Shown here: positions 1-12,994 of the stretch, piece by piece
Numbering within the stretch: the first letter of the stretch is position 1
Layout of the letters: the number at the start of each line of letters is the position of its first letter
Assembly: GCA_051294375.1 (NCBI GenBank)
Contig: CM119268.1
Span: 18,607,889 to 18,671,888, forward strand
Source: Paraspadella gotoi
Lineage: Eukaryota; Animalia; Chaetognatha
Reading direction: 5' to 3'
Length of the DNA: 64,000 nt
Notes under the pieces: generated by a model
Seen by the model: the letters and a program-made list of their open reading frames with translations, nothing else
Told to the model about the DNA's origin: nothing
The model's database searches: none
Translations under genes and position numbers: made by a program

Positions 1-3000
1 TGTCATCCCCGTCTTTTTAGTTGTGCCGCGAGTACTTCGGTCGGTCTGTCGGTCGCTTTGTTGGTCTGTCCCTCGGTATGTCCCATTTATGTTAAAAATG
101 CATATATTTCGCCTATAGTTGATTGCTCATTTGTTCTGACAATATAAAATCTAAGTGACTGCTTGCGCCGCCTTCAAGAAATCCAAAAACTGTAAAGAAT
201 AAAAGACAAGTTTCCGATGCAATGAGTGTCAAAAATACACGTGAAAAGAAAGTCACTGCGGCGCAACACATTTGAATTACCGTTCTTTTTTTTTCACTTT
301 TATGTCAAATTTGGTTATCATCGGTTTTGTTGAGGTCGACGTGAGCGGTTTATTTTTTCGTCGTCGTCGTCATCATCATCTTCGCTTAATTTCGTCGTTT
401 TTTGACGTCGATTTAGTCGTCATTGTCATCGTCATCAACATTGTGTTCGCTCACTATGTTCTTTTTTTGTCATCGACGTCATCATCCTTATTATCGTCCT
501 ATCGTCTTTGTCATCGTCGTCGTCTTTGTCAATGTTTTTGTCGTTGTCATCTTCTTTGTCGTCATCGTTGTCGCCGTCATCGTCGTCGTCATCGTCGTCG
601 TCGTCGTCGTCGTCTCCTTGTTGACGTCGAAATCTCATCGTGAACGTCGTTCGGATTTTCTCCGCGTAATTAACCGCGACTTTGACGTTGCAAACCTTAA
701 ATGGATTAAGACATCAACAAACAACAACAACATCACCTACAGCAAATGGAGGGATCGACTCGCGCTGCAACAGCCCTCGCTACAACTCGAGAAATAGTAG
801 TATACAACTAAATAGTAACAAAAATATAACAAAATAAAATCCCTCGAAGATGTTACGAGCGCAAGACGGAAAAAATGAAAGGATGAAAAAACAACTTTTC
901 GCCCTGAAAGTTTTTATACAAAAAAAGTGACTGTTGTGGCGGTATATTCACTCTGTGGATGGAACGCACGGTTGAACCTCTGAGCCATTCTGAGCCTCTG
1001 GGATTGGATGGCTGAAGTCGGAGGTGAGGCGGTTGGAATATATCGCCACACTGTCATCGCTGATGGAATCGGAACCAAGATTGGAATCGAGACCCGCGAC
1101 TCGGATAAAATCCGCCGAGGACTCTTTGATTGGATGGATCACCATCGAAACCGACCAATAAGAAGATGGGCTTCATGAAATCGGGAAAACGAGCCCGTGT
1201 CAATGATCCGATTGTATTGTATAAATACTGATCATTTTTGTATTGAATCCATCTGTCTCAAATTCTGACACCGTCTTTGCTTGTGACTTTTCTAAAGAAT
1301 AAAATCCACTTTGGTTTCATGTTAAAATCTCTGTCCATTTACTAAAATGTGGTGGCAGCGGTGCGATTAGAACCTACGCCTCCAAAGAGACTGCTGTGTT
1401 GAAAACAACATTTAAAATTTAGGCGAAGTAACTTAAAAAAAAAACGTTTGAATTAAAAAAAAAAGCACCGGATAAATAAAAAACCGATAAAAACAACAAC
1501 AACATTTCTCGCCACTTGAGAGAAATCAACGACAACTTAAAATCTCCTTCGTCTTTCGTGATTCTTTTTTTTCCGCGGCCTTTCACAGAGGGCGCCTCGT
1601 TTCTGCCGCCATCTTGAAAAAGGCCGCGCGACGGCACTCCAAAAATAATAAGCCGGTTTCGCCGCCGTCGTTGTTGTCGTCTTCGTCGTCGTTATCGTCG
1701 TTATCTTCGTCGTCGTTATCGTCGTCATTGCCGGCCGCTTTATATGTCGACGACATCAAAACAATGAAGAAAAAAAAACCGAGTCCACAACAACGACTTG
1801 GGCCGGTACAAAAACATTATAGGAAGATGAAGACGACGACGTCGACGACAACGATGACGACGACGAGGGCACCGACGATGCTGACGACGACTAAAAGGCA
1901 GCGACACCTTAGATAAGACATAAGGGTGCCGCTATGAAAAGCCTGGCAGCAGTTAACGACAACAATAACAACAAAGCGTATAACGTCAAAACGTAAAAGG
2001 GCGGCTTGGAAAAACCTCCCTCTCGTTAATAACTCTATTCTCTTTCTCTCTCTCTCTCTCTCTCTGCATGCATCGTCGTCTCTCTCTTCTTCCTTTGCTC
2101 TTCGTCCTCGTTCTTGATCTCTATGCTCGTCGTCCATCTCTCTCTTCTCCTCTCGTCCGTCTCGTAGATCTCTCTCTCTCTTCTCTCTTCTTTCTCTCTC
2201 TCTCTCTCTCTCTCTCTCATCTTTTTGCTGGCTGAGTATTTTCTTCATCTACTTTCTTCTTATCGCTTTTCCCTTCCGGGACTACGCTTACCGAGCCCTT
2301 TCTGGCCTTGCCAACGTAGTCCTTTCTGGGCCCTTACCATACCCGATCTTTTCTTGGTTATCACCTGCTCCGCCCCGAACTTTCCATGTCATTTCCACCA
2401 CTTCTTTCCATGTCATTGCCTCCGCCAACTTTTCTTTTTTTCACCGTGTTTTTTTTTCAGTTTTTTTTTTTTATAATTTCTCTTTCTCTCTTTATATATC
2501 CTTTTTAATCTTCAACCCTTTTTTTTACTTTCCCCATAATATTTTTTTTGGTATTCTTCAATTCTTATCTTTCTCTTTTACTTCCCTCCATTTTTTTTAC
2601 TCTTTTCATCATCTTTCCTCTTTTCGGGATCCTCCTTTCTATTTTTTTAATCCATCCTCCTTTTTCGTCTCTCTCTCTCTCTCTTCTCTTCTCTCTCTCT
2701 CTCCTCTCTCTCTCTCCTCTCTCTCTCTCCTTTCTCTATTCCCCATCGCCCCAATTTTTCTCTACTCGACATCACTTTTCCTATTTTCCTTTTCATTTTA
2801 ACTCTGCCATCCTTTCCTCTTTTCTTAAACCCTCCTCCCCTACCACCCTTCCCTCGGCGTCCTCGCTCCTCCTGTCCTTCCCCTTTCCGCGTCCTCCTCC
2901 TCGCCCTTCACCCTCGATCCCCTCTCCTCCTCCCTCGCCCTCTCCTCCTCCCCTCTCCCTCTCCCCTCTGCCACTCCCTTCACGGCCTCTCCACCTCGCT

Positions 3001-3254
3001 ACCACTCCTCCCCTTCAACCCTCTCCAGCCTCCTGCCTGCCCTGCCCTTCACCCTCTCCGCGGCTGTCCATCCTGTCACTGGGCCGTTCTTCACCCTGCG
3101 TCCCTCTGCGTCCTCCACTCGCCGCTTCACCACTACTCTCCGCTGCCTGCCTCGGCTCCCCCTTCACGGCCTCTCGCGCCTCCTCGCTCCTCCCCTGTCC
3201 AACCTGCTCTTCGCCCGGCCCATCCACGTCGCTCCATTTCGCCACATTCTCAAG

Positions 3255-3429
3255 GTGCCGGCTGCCGACCGGCTGGAACGCGGGGCGGAGGTGGCTGCGC
3301 TACGCGACCGGAACCGCACGCGCGAGACGCCGTTCCGTCGCGTGCTACGCGTGACGACGATCGTGGAGGAGCCTTACGTGATGTACAAGAAGGACGCGTA
3401 CAAGTTCACGGGCAACGAACGTTTCGAGG
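3255..3429 (+). CDS. iGluR exon: ATD/S1 linker and start of S1 (RVLRVTTIVEEPYVMYKK...GNERFEG); 5' boundary uncertain
   Basis: Matches kainate LIVTTILEEPYV...GNDRFEG. Donor GTAAGA at 3430, phase 1. Candidate acceptor tcaag at 3254 lies in error-prone sequence. Confidence 0.85.
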
Positions 3430-3827
3430 GTAAGACACTGTTGTTGTTGTCGTGATTATTTCTGTGTTTGCTGTTTGTGTGGTCAATGTTTTTGTTTTTG
3501 TTTTGGGGGATTTGTTTAAAGTTTTTAAACAACTTTGTATTTTTATATTTGACCGTTGTTGTGTTACGTCTCATAGTTTACTTGGTTTCTTTTTGTTTTC
3601 CTTGCTTGTGTTGTTGATGTTCTTGTTATTTTTGTTGTGGTTTTTTGTTGCTTTTGTTTTGACCTCCTTAAAAAAATATCTTCTACCTTTTTCCCCTTTT
3701 TTTCCTCGAATTCGGTTAAGGGAAAAAAAGGAAAAGATAAAAAAAGGCGCTGAGGGGAAAAAGGAGGAAAATGATCGATTTGTTATGATTACCGAATCTC
3801 CTTCCTTTCTTTCCTTCTTTCTTTCTC

Positions 3828-3859
<32 letters not shown>

Positions 3860-4447
3860 ATTTGTTTTTTCTGGGTCTCTCTTCCCAACCCGCGTCATCA
3901 CCGAGAACAAGAGACTCGTCATCCTTAATCTGTCAGGACAGAGGATCACCCAACGAGAAGAGGTCACAACAAACAACAACAACAACAGAGACGATCGTTA
4001 TCAACGACCCAAACCGGAGATTGACCCCTCAAGGCTTCACTCCATTCTAATCTTTATCTCTTTTCCCTTCATTGTAGAACGGAATAGATTGAAATCCTAG
4101 TTCTGTAATTTATGTAATGTTAAAGAATCTACTGTAGACAACAAAATAAAATAAATTGTGAGATCATAACATAGGATTTTGAAATATATTACTATAGTAT
4201 ATACATAAAATAGAGCTTGAAAGGTTAAGCATGAAATAAAATTATACCGCCTAAAAAATTATAATATTATCGGTTTAGATTAGTAAAAAAACTAAAAAAT
4301 ATTATGTCATTATAAAATAAAATAAAATTAAAATTTCTGAATAAATTTTCCTAAATCCGTTTTCAAAAAAGATCTCAATGAAATATTTAAACTTTCGAAT
4401 ACAATATGTTTTCATTATTTATAAAAATGAACCAACTCCGTCTTCAG

Positions 4448-4641
4448 GCTACTGCGTGGACCTCCTCCGCGCCATCTCCGTGGAGGAAGGCTTCAACTTC
4501 TCCATCCGCGTCGTCAGAGACGGAAAATATGGATCGATGGAGGCGGAGACCGGGAAGTGGACGGGGATGATCGGGGAGTTGATGGAGGGAGACGCCGATC
4601 TCGCGGTGGCGCCACTCACCGTCACTTACGACCGGGAAAAG
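4448..4641 (+). CDS. iGluR exon, S1 (GYCVDLL...WTGMIGEL...DLAVAPLTVTYDREK)
   Basis: ttcag acceptor, phase 1 in; GTGAGG donor at 4642, phase 0. Carries the PLT and Arg ligand contacts. Confidence 0.96.
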
Positions 4642-5951
4642 GTGAGGAAAGAGGAAGAGGATCGGTGAGTCAAGGTGAGGAAAGCGGGGGGAGGAGGGGT
4701 GGGGAAAAGGTGAGGAAAGGGCCAACTGTTTATCGCCTCGAGTTGAATCCCTCAATTATTTATCACTCTGTACTTAAGAATCAGAGATGTGGTTTATTTG
4801 GTTTTTTTGTAAGGATGGTCTGTCAATATCACTTTCCCTAATCGAAATTTCTTTCCTATACTTTCAGTCGCTGTCAGTAAAATGTATGGTTATGAAGGGA
4901 AACCTCAAAATTCTTTAAGAGGTGCAAAATTTCTAACTTCGGTCTTGGCAGACACCGGAGTCCAAGGCAAAGTGTCGAGTCAAACTCCCTCTCCATGAAT
5001 GAAAAATTATTCGTCGCCTCGAAATTTATTTCCGCTTTTCACCATTTTTTTTTTTCTTCACAAAACAATTCTGGTGATAAATTTAAATTTTCTTCTCTAG
5101 CAAAGAATCTCTTCTGCAAAGCAGAATTCGGACCTGCACTTGCAAAATCCATGAAGGCGGCAACGCCTCTCTTTCTCTTTATCTCTCTTTCTCTTTTACG
5201 TGACGCGAGTTCCCGAAGCCATTCATTTCCTCGGGGCAAATCACCCACTTTTCTGAAAGTGACGTAAATCTCTGACGTCATTCTTTGTGACCTAAATCAC
5301 CTCAACAATTCGCCTTGAGTAATATTCTGACCGTCATCCCCGACTTCTTTTACCGTAATTCTACGAAGCTGGAGGACCTTCAAAAATGTTCACCGGGCAG
5401 TTTCTTAATTCATTGCACTTTTAATATTCCTATTCCCCGTGACGTATTTCGCTTGCCCCATTTCCACAAGGCGAGACGTAATCCTCCGCCAATATTTCCC
5501 GTGACGTAATTATCTTCTCCCTTCCCTCGTGACGTAATACTCCTTTCCGTTTTCCCGTGACGTAATTCGCGTGACGCAAGCATCGTCTCAAATCGGCGTC
5601 CGCTTAGAACTGAAACGCTCTTCCGCCATAATCGACGATTAGCGAAGATGAAGAGGAGAGAAGAGAAGAGAAGAGTCGCTTACGAGTGGGGAAGTGATTG
5701 ATGATGTCGTCGTCGTCGTTGTCGTCGTCGTCGCTGTCGTCGTCCCGGACCGCCTCATAACTGGACTTGTCTACGACGTGGTAGTTACCGTCGTCCCTGT
5801 TGTCGTCGGATCAATCATAACTGTAGTTTCCAGTTATTGTTGTTGTTGTTCACTGAGAGAAACGGAAGAGTATTTATTTCTTCCAATTCCTTTGCCTTGT
5901 CATAACATGACATAAGAACCTTTAGTAGTTGCTTCATTCTCTCGCGATTAC

Positions 5952-6197
5952 AAAATGTCAAGCTCTGATGCTTGGAATTGCGTTAAATGTGCGTTAAACA
6001 AGCAAATGTCAAGCAAACGAGCAAATGTCAAGCTCTGATTCTTGGCATAGCGTTAAATCTGCGTTAAACAAGAAAATGTTAAGCAAACAAGCAAATGTCA
6101 AGCTTTGATGCTTGGAATCGCGTAAATGTAGTGTATAAACAAGCAAATGTCAAGCTCTGATGCTTGGAATCGCGTATAAATGTGCGTTTAAACAAGC
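5952..6197. repeat. Minisatellite, about 50-70 bp units (aaatgtcaagctctgatgcttggaa...aaacaagc), about 4 copies
   Basis: Direct repeats visible in the sequence. Confidence 0.85.
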
Positions 6198-6339
6198 AAT
6201 AAAAATGGCGAACAATTTGCATAAATCCTAAGCGTCGCCCCTCCCCGATTCCGCGGTGCTTAATCTTAACTGTCGCTGGCAGAATCAACCCCGTTTGCCT
6301 TGTCGTAGTTATATTTTTTATATTTTTGATAATTTTATA

Positions 6340-6364
6340 ATAATAAATAATAATAATAATAATA

Positions 6365-6414
<50 letters not shown>
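6340..6414. repeat. (AAT)n microsatellite; representative of many (CT)n, (TCG)n, (AAAG)n, (CTTTT)n and (ACTC)n tracts
   Basis: Directly visible. Confidence 0.95.
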
Positions 6415-6423
<9 letters not shown>

Positions 6424-7200
6424 TTTTATTTTAAGGATGGTCTTTTTTTTTCACCATCATCTCCTAACCTTTTTTCAACATATCCTATCTCTACCTCTCT
6501 TTTCCGTCCATTCTCTTTTTCAATACATATTTTCTTGATTCCGACTTCTTCTTCCCCTATCATCTCTCTTCTCCTCCTCTTCCTCCTCCTCTTCCTCCTT
6601 CTCCCCCCCCCAATTTACCCGTAAGTCTGACGGACATGAAACATGTTTTTTGCGCCAAATATCCTCGGCCAAACACGACTGTCTCTCTAGACTAGAGAGC
6701 CTAGAGTCTGAGTCGAAACAACATCAATCCCTTTGCCCGATCCCACCCCTTTAAAGTTGATAATAAAAAATACATTAGAAAAAAAAATTCATTAGATAGG
6801 CCGAATTTTTAACTGATATCATTAATATATAAAATTAAAAATTACTAATTTTAGTACTAAAATATAGTTTTTTAAAGTTTACTTTACTTAATAAAATATT
6901 CTTTTTAAAAGAACAATAATTTCTTTAATCAAAATTTTATGATGAATTAATTTCTGCTTTTAAAACTAGATAAAGATTTTAAATTTTGTAATATAAGTAC
7001 CATCTATAAATATGGCCCAATGCAAAATTGAAAAAAAATTATATATGACAAGACAAGACTGTTCAAAATCTACTCTATCAATTTTGCTTAGCAACTTTCA
7101 CTCCGGCTTAATACCTACCAACCCCTTTGCCCCTTGGCCCCTTGGCCTCTCCGCCCCTCCGCCCCTTCACCCCACCGCCCCTTCGCCCTCCCCCCTCCAG

Positions 7201-7311
7201 GTGATCGACTTCACGAAACCCTTCATGAACCTCGGCATCTCCATCCTGTTCAAACGACCCGCGAAGAAGTCGCCCGGTCTCTTCGCCTTTCTATCTCCCC
7301 TCACTTTGGAC
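7201..7311 (+). CDS. iGluR exon, end of S1 and pre-M1 (VIDFTKPFMNLGISILFKRP...FAFLSPLTLD)
   Basis: ctccag acceptor, GTGAGT donor, 111 nt in frame. Confidence 0.97.
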
Positions 7312-7324
7312 GTGAGTTGTTGAA

Positions 7325-7800
7325 AGGAAGGGAGGAGAAGGGGATTGGGGTGAGGGAGGGAGGAAGTAATGAAAGAAGAAGAAAAGGAGGAAGAAATAAA
7401 GGGGAAGGGAGGAAATGGGGATTGGGGTGAGGGAGGGAGGAAGAAGAGAAAGAAGTAGAAAAGGAGAAAGAAAGAAAGGGGAAGGGAAGAGAAGGGGATT
7501 GGGTGAGGAAGAGGAAGAAGAGAAGAAGAAAGAAAAGGAGAAGAAAGAAAGGGGAAGGGAGGAAATGGGGATTGGAGCGAGGGAAGGAGGAAAAAGGAAG
7601 AAGAAATGGGAGAAAAAAGAAAAGGGGAGGGAGGAATGGGGATTGGTGTGAGGGAGGGAGAAGAAGAGAAGAAAAAGAAAAAGAGGAAGAAATAAAGGGG
7701 AAGGGAGGAAATGTGGATTGGGGTGAGGGAGGGAGGAAGAAGAGGAAGAAGAAGAAAAGGAGGAAGAAAGAAAGGGGAAGGGAGGATTGAGATTGGGTTA
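7325..7800. repeat. Purine-rich minisatellite, about 70-80 bp units (ggggaagggaggaaatggggattggggtgaggg...)
   Basis: About 7 degenerate copies. Confidence 0.8.
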
Positions 7801-10800
7801 GAGAGGAAGAGGAAAAGTTAAAAGTTAAAAAAAATATAAAGAAAAGAAAAAAGATAAAGGATAGAGATATATAGATAGGAGAGAACTAGAGAGAGGAGGA
7901 AAGGAAAAAAAAACACGTAAAAAAGAGGACTAAGATCGGCTAAGAAAGAGAGGAGAGAAGAGGTGGAAAAGATGATAAGTTAGGGAAAATAAAAAGAAAA
8001 GAAAAGAAAAGAAAAGAAAAGAAACTAGAGCAATTGCTAGTTAGAAAAAGAGAGGACCCCCGATTGTTTACGGATATAAATTCCTCTTTACTTGTTTTTC
8101 CAAATGTTTGTTTTCGTCGCTTCTTCTCCGCAATTAGTCTTTTTTTCTTCGACGCGTGTTTTCCTTTTATAGCGCCACCTTGCCATTTCAAACAAGCAAA
8201 GTGGTTGTTTGAATTACCCAATGCACAATGCCTAATACAAGTTGAATTTACTAACCTTCAACTGTTGCTGTTTCATTTAAAATCTCATATCAATGGTATA
8301 ACTCTTTTCCCCTCCCTGCCCTTCTCTCTCTGAAGCTCTCCCGTCCTTTCTCAAATACTCCTTTATGCTCACCTACCTAACTTATTCTCTATATCCTAAT
8401 CCTCGTTCTGAACTTCCCTCCCCTGCCCTACCATGCCGTTTATTGACCTCCCCTACCCTAACCAATCATTATTCTTCCCACCTCGGCCCTCCTTGTCCCT
8501 TTACCGTCCAACCTAGTCAACCTTACCCAGTCTCTGGCCTCCCCTGCCCCTTACCCTTACCCTGCCCCCTGCCCCCTGCCCCCTGCCCCCATTTATCCTA
8601 CGCCGTTTGTCCGGTCGTTTTACGCTCTGTTTATCCTCTGCGCTTCGGTCGCCGCAGGAGAATTAACGTCTTTCGAAACGGCGCGCCTTTTCTTCCCGTC
8701 GGAACCATTTTGCCTTGTTTTTTCTGTTTTGTTTCCTGTTTCTTTATTCGTTGTTTCTTACTCTTTTTTTTTTAAGCTCGTTAGGTCAAAAAAATCTGTC
8801 TAGTCGTTTCTCGATTTTAAGTTTCCGTCGTCGTCGTTGTCATCGTCGTCATCGCTGTCATCGTCGTCATCCTCATCGTGGACCAAGGTGTAACTATTTG
8901 TTATTCCTTATTTCGTCGTCGTCGTTTGGCGTCGCCCCTGAAATTCGAGGCCCGCGGAGTAATAAAGGGCAGGGGAGGTCGCCGTTTCCAGGTTCCGAGC
9001 TTGTTTCCCTTTCGTATCCCCCATCCTACCTCCCCTCTCTTCCCCTCTCTCTCCCTCTAATCCCCCTCTCTTCCCCTCTCTCTCCTTTGCCCTTCTGCAC
9101 CGCTCGCCGAATCTTTATTTCTCGTTTCGAGTTGCGTTTAGCGGTGTTGGTAGTGGCAATGTGATGCCATTGGTGATGCCATTGGTGATGCCATGGTGGT
9201 GCCATTGTTGGTGCCATCGCTGGTGCTATCGCTATGATGTCATTGGTGGCGTAGTTCTCAGATTCTCTTCTTTCTTTTCTGTTGTTTTCGTATTTTTTTC
9301 ATTTTCTTCTTTCATCGACGAAACTTTCTTAACTTTTTTGCAATTCGAGAATCACAAAAATCAAACCGATGACACTTGATATCTTAATTACACTTTAATT
9401 GAAAATAGAGTCAGTTCACCTGATGTGTTTCTGTCGTCTTCAATCTTCTCGATTATAGGTCTGTCGTCTATTATTACAAGCCTATTCAAATATTACTTAA
9501 TATCTTACTATTTCTCACTACTATTTGTAAAATATTTCACATTTCCTTCTTCTTTGAAAATTTTCCCCTTTTTTCTTTCCTCCTCTTTTTTCTTTCTTTT
9601 TCTTCTTTCTCCATTCCTCCTCTTTTCCTTCCTCTTCTTTCTCTCCACCATCCTTCTCCCCCTCCACCTTCCAACAACGAATCAAAATTATGCCTCAATT
9701 GTCGTTTCCATTCTCTGCCTTAATTTCTTCTTCCCTTCGTTGAGTCGCCTTGATCGAGAGAAATGGTCGACGGCAGCGCCGGCCGCAGCCGCTCCGCCGG
9801 CTGAGTCCGCTGCGCCGGTAGAATTTTCTGCGCCAGTAGCATCATACTATCAAGAGAAATGACCTATCGACGTACTTTGTCGACCTAGGGATGTGATTGG
9901 TCGTTTTTTTTTTCGGATCATCGAACAACTGACCAATCGTAGATCTACAACCTTGGGTTAACCGGTAACCAATAACTTATGATCAACAAAGACACATAAA
10001 GGGGTGGATGGACGGGATTTCTGAGGGTTGTCACTAGCAATCATTTCGTCTCCTTTGTCTCATTATATCATGCATTGCCATTGTCTATAACTAATAAACA
10101 TTGTCAATTTTATAATTTACCTTTATCGTTAATTGACTATTCGTCTCGTTATTGTTGTGATAACCTTTGGCCAACGATTCAACCAACCGACCGTTCAGGC
10201 CAGAAAGACGGAGAGAGAGTTTCGAAGAGAGGTGAAGGCGCGAACCCGTGACCTTTCGACTCGATGATCTCTCCCTTTACCCTTTGAGTCGGACTCAGTT
10301 AAAAGTTAAATATAGTTTTTTTTTCTCTCAGTTATGATGTTTTTAATAATATTTTTATGAACGCTGTCTTTGTCGTCCCCTTTCGTCATCATCATCATCA
10401 TCATCGTCATCATCATCATCATCATCATCGTCATCATCATAAATCCGAGCCCGTGACCTTTGTCGTTCCCTCCCCCTGTTTACGCCGTCAGCATTACTCG
10501 CAAATGTATTGCTTCTTTTTTCTGTCCTCACCTGGCGCCTTGCTTCACCCTTTTTCCACCCAAACCCTTCACAGTGATCCACGTTTTGTTTAACCAAGTT
10601 TAAACTTATCTTTATTATTATAAAAAACTTTTTATAATTACTGATAATCTGAGAACATTTCTGAAGCAGTTTGGGAAGTTTCAAGAGTTAAGAAGAGATT
10701 AAAAGAAATATGAAAGGAAAAGAAATTCGCCTATAAACTTGATCATTAAATGAATCTGTCACCTTTTTTATTATTTTAGTTAAACATATTATGATTCGTC

Positions 10801-10924
10801 ATTTTAACTTCTATTAAATATTGACAACAGTTTCTTACTTGTAATAAAAATACTACTTATATTTTTGTGAAATATAAAAGTTACAAAATAAAATTAATCC
10901 TATTCTACGTAATGACTTAAAATA

Positions 10925-11225
10925 CAACTCAATAAAAAAATTATCCATTCATTTTAAAAATAAGCTATCTTGCCCCTGACTTTAGATAGGCTTTGGTTGT
11001 TTAAGGCCTTCATCACTCTTACAAGATATAGCAGTTCCCTGCAAGCTTTTAATCAAGACTATCTCACAGTCTCGTTTATTCACTCCCAGAATACCTGGCT
11101 TCCTTATCAATGAAGTGGCATAACATTTCAAAGAATGTTTCAATTGTATGAAAAGCATTTATAGAATTTTGTATTAATATTAATTACATATGTATTTAAC
11201 TATACATACATAAGACGGTCAGAGT
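10925..11225 (+). mobile_element. Partial copy of a MITE-like family (family A)
   Basis: Begins TA|CAACTCAATAAAAAAATTATCCATT...AATAAGCTATCTTGCCCCTGAC, shared with 59460-59721; body matches 15470-15706 in reverse. Confidence 0.7.
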
Positions 11226-11249
11226 CACATTGCTCCCCATTTAGTCTTT

Positions 11250-11470
11250 CCACCTCCAACACCATCCACTCCATCTTCCACCCCCACCTCCAACATCCTC
11301 AAACAACTTCCAACATCCTCCAACATCTACCCCCCTCTCCACATACGCAACCCCTCTCCTCAACATGCCTCCAACATCTACGCCTCTCTCCAACATCCTC
11401 CAACAACCAACCCCTCCCCTCTCCAACATCCTCCAACATCCAACCCCCTCTCCAACATCCTCAAACGACC
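11250..11470. repeat. C/A-rich minisatellite (ctccaacatc-based)
   Basis: Direct repeats. Confidence 0.8.
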
Positions 11471-11592
11471 TCCAGATCCAAAGTCTCTTGTTTTCTTTTC
11501 TGGCGACGAAACCGGAAGTAATAGATGACGCGTCGACGCTTATTGCGTTTTTCTTTTTTTCGGTCGTCGGTGGCGTTATATTCCATCAATGT

Positions 11593-11625
<33 letters not shown>

Positions 11626-11762
11626 TTTGGCGTCGTTGTCGTCGTCGTCGTCGATTCTAGGTTTGCTTTTCTTTTTATGTTACTTTATTTGTTGTTATGT
11701 CGTCGTCGGTGATTTTTCCGTAGCCTTATATTTGCAACATATTTGTTTCCCTTTCTCTCTTC

Positions 11763-11798
<36 letters not shown>

Positions 11799-11845
11799 GT
11801 CCGATCTCTCTTCTCTGTCTCTCTCTCTCTCTCTCTCTCCTACAG

Positions 11846-11994
11846 GTCTGGCTCTACATGCTCTTAGCTTACCTGGCAATCTCCATCACCCTCTTTGTCC
11901 TGGCGAGATTTAGTCCGTACGAATGGTACAACCCTCACCCGTGCAAAGACGAGGATTTTGTCGAGAATCAATTCACTCTCTCCAACTCACTTTG
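11846..11994 (+). CDS. iGluR exon, M1 and intracellular loop ([10 protein letters not shown]...WYNPHPC...FTLSNSLW)
   Basis: tacag acceptor; GTAAGT donor at 11995, phase 2. Confidence 0.97.
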
Positions 11995-12994
11995 GTAAGT
12001 TCACATTTCCTTTGCTTATTATTTTTTTCACGTAGGTTGGGTGAATAAACTTTTTGTCCGTCGCTTTCAAACTTCACTCAGTTCATCTTAGTTCGTTCAC
12101 TCCCTAAATATATTTTGGTAAGTTTTTTTCTTCTTCACCAAACCTCTTTTCCACGGTTTTCACATTTCTTTGTGAATCCGAAAATTCCAAGGGTCGGGTT
12201 CTGCCTCGGTCGACAGACGGACTCTTTTCACAGAAACTTTAATTGATTTTATTCAGTTAATGTGAATTCGGAATAGAAATGAAAACCAATGAAATTAAGA
12301 AGACGGTTATCATCTTAACTTTCACACTCACAATAATGATTTGCTCAACTCATTTCATTTTTTCAAATTTTTTCTTCAGTTTCCCTGCAAAACCGGGAGT
12401 TCTGTCTCAATCATGTTTTCCAATCCTAGGTTCACGCAGGTAGTCATTGCTTCGAGCCTCTCCAAGCCACCATCACATTTTTTTTACCGCTCACCACTTA
12501 ATCGTACCTATTTATATTTTTTTTTCAATTTGATTCTTTTTTTTTATTCGCATAATTATTGGTTTTCTTAAAACTCTTACTAAATAAAATTACCCAAGCA
12601 CAACAGCTAAAAACTCAATTTTATTTTAATCACTCATGAAAATGAAACTAACACTCACACTAATGATTAAACGAACTTTTAAAAATGGCTAAGTTGTAAT
12701 CTTTAATTTTATAACAAAGGAGATATTATTTCCTAAAAATCAGAAATAAAAGAATTACTATTCTCCTTTGTTATGACATTAAAATAAATCAAATGAAAAA
12801 AAAAACTAATCCAGTTTTCTGGAGGATAGTTTTAAAAAATTGGATTTTCCAAAAAAAAAAAAATTAAAGCTTTTTCCCAGGCCCTCTCGGTCTCTCTCTG
12901 CCACTCCTTCCCTTCTTCCACTACCCCATCTAATACCCCCTTCCTCACCCTCTCCCCTCTTTTCCCCGCTACCCTCTTCCCCCCTCCCCTTAAG

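Noticed and set aside
272-797. ORFs rich in Arg, Val, Asp or Ser at the window start, and similar ORFs throughout
   Set aside because: Translations of (TCG)n, (CT)n, (AAAG)n and similar microsatellites or of N-gaps; no splice or homology support.
3241-3254. 11-mer gccacattctc shared by the acceptors at 3254 and 25170
   Set aside because: Only two instances, one in unreliable sequence; cannot be separated from chance.
10225-10290. tRNA-like B-box fragments on the minus strand (also 56535-56580)
   Set aside because: No cloverleaf; at most decayed SINE heads, not tRNA genes.
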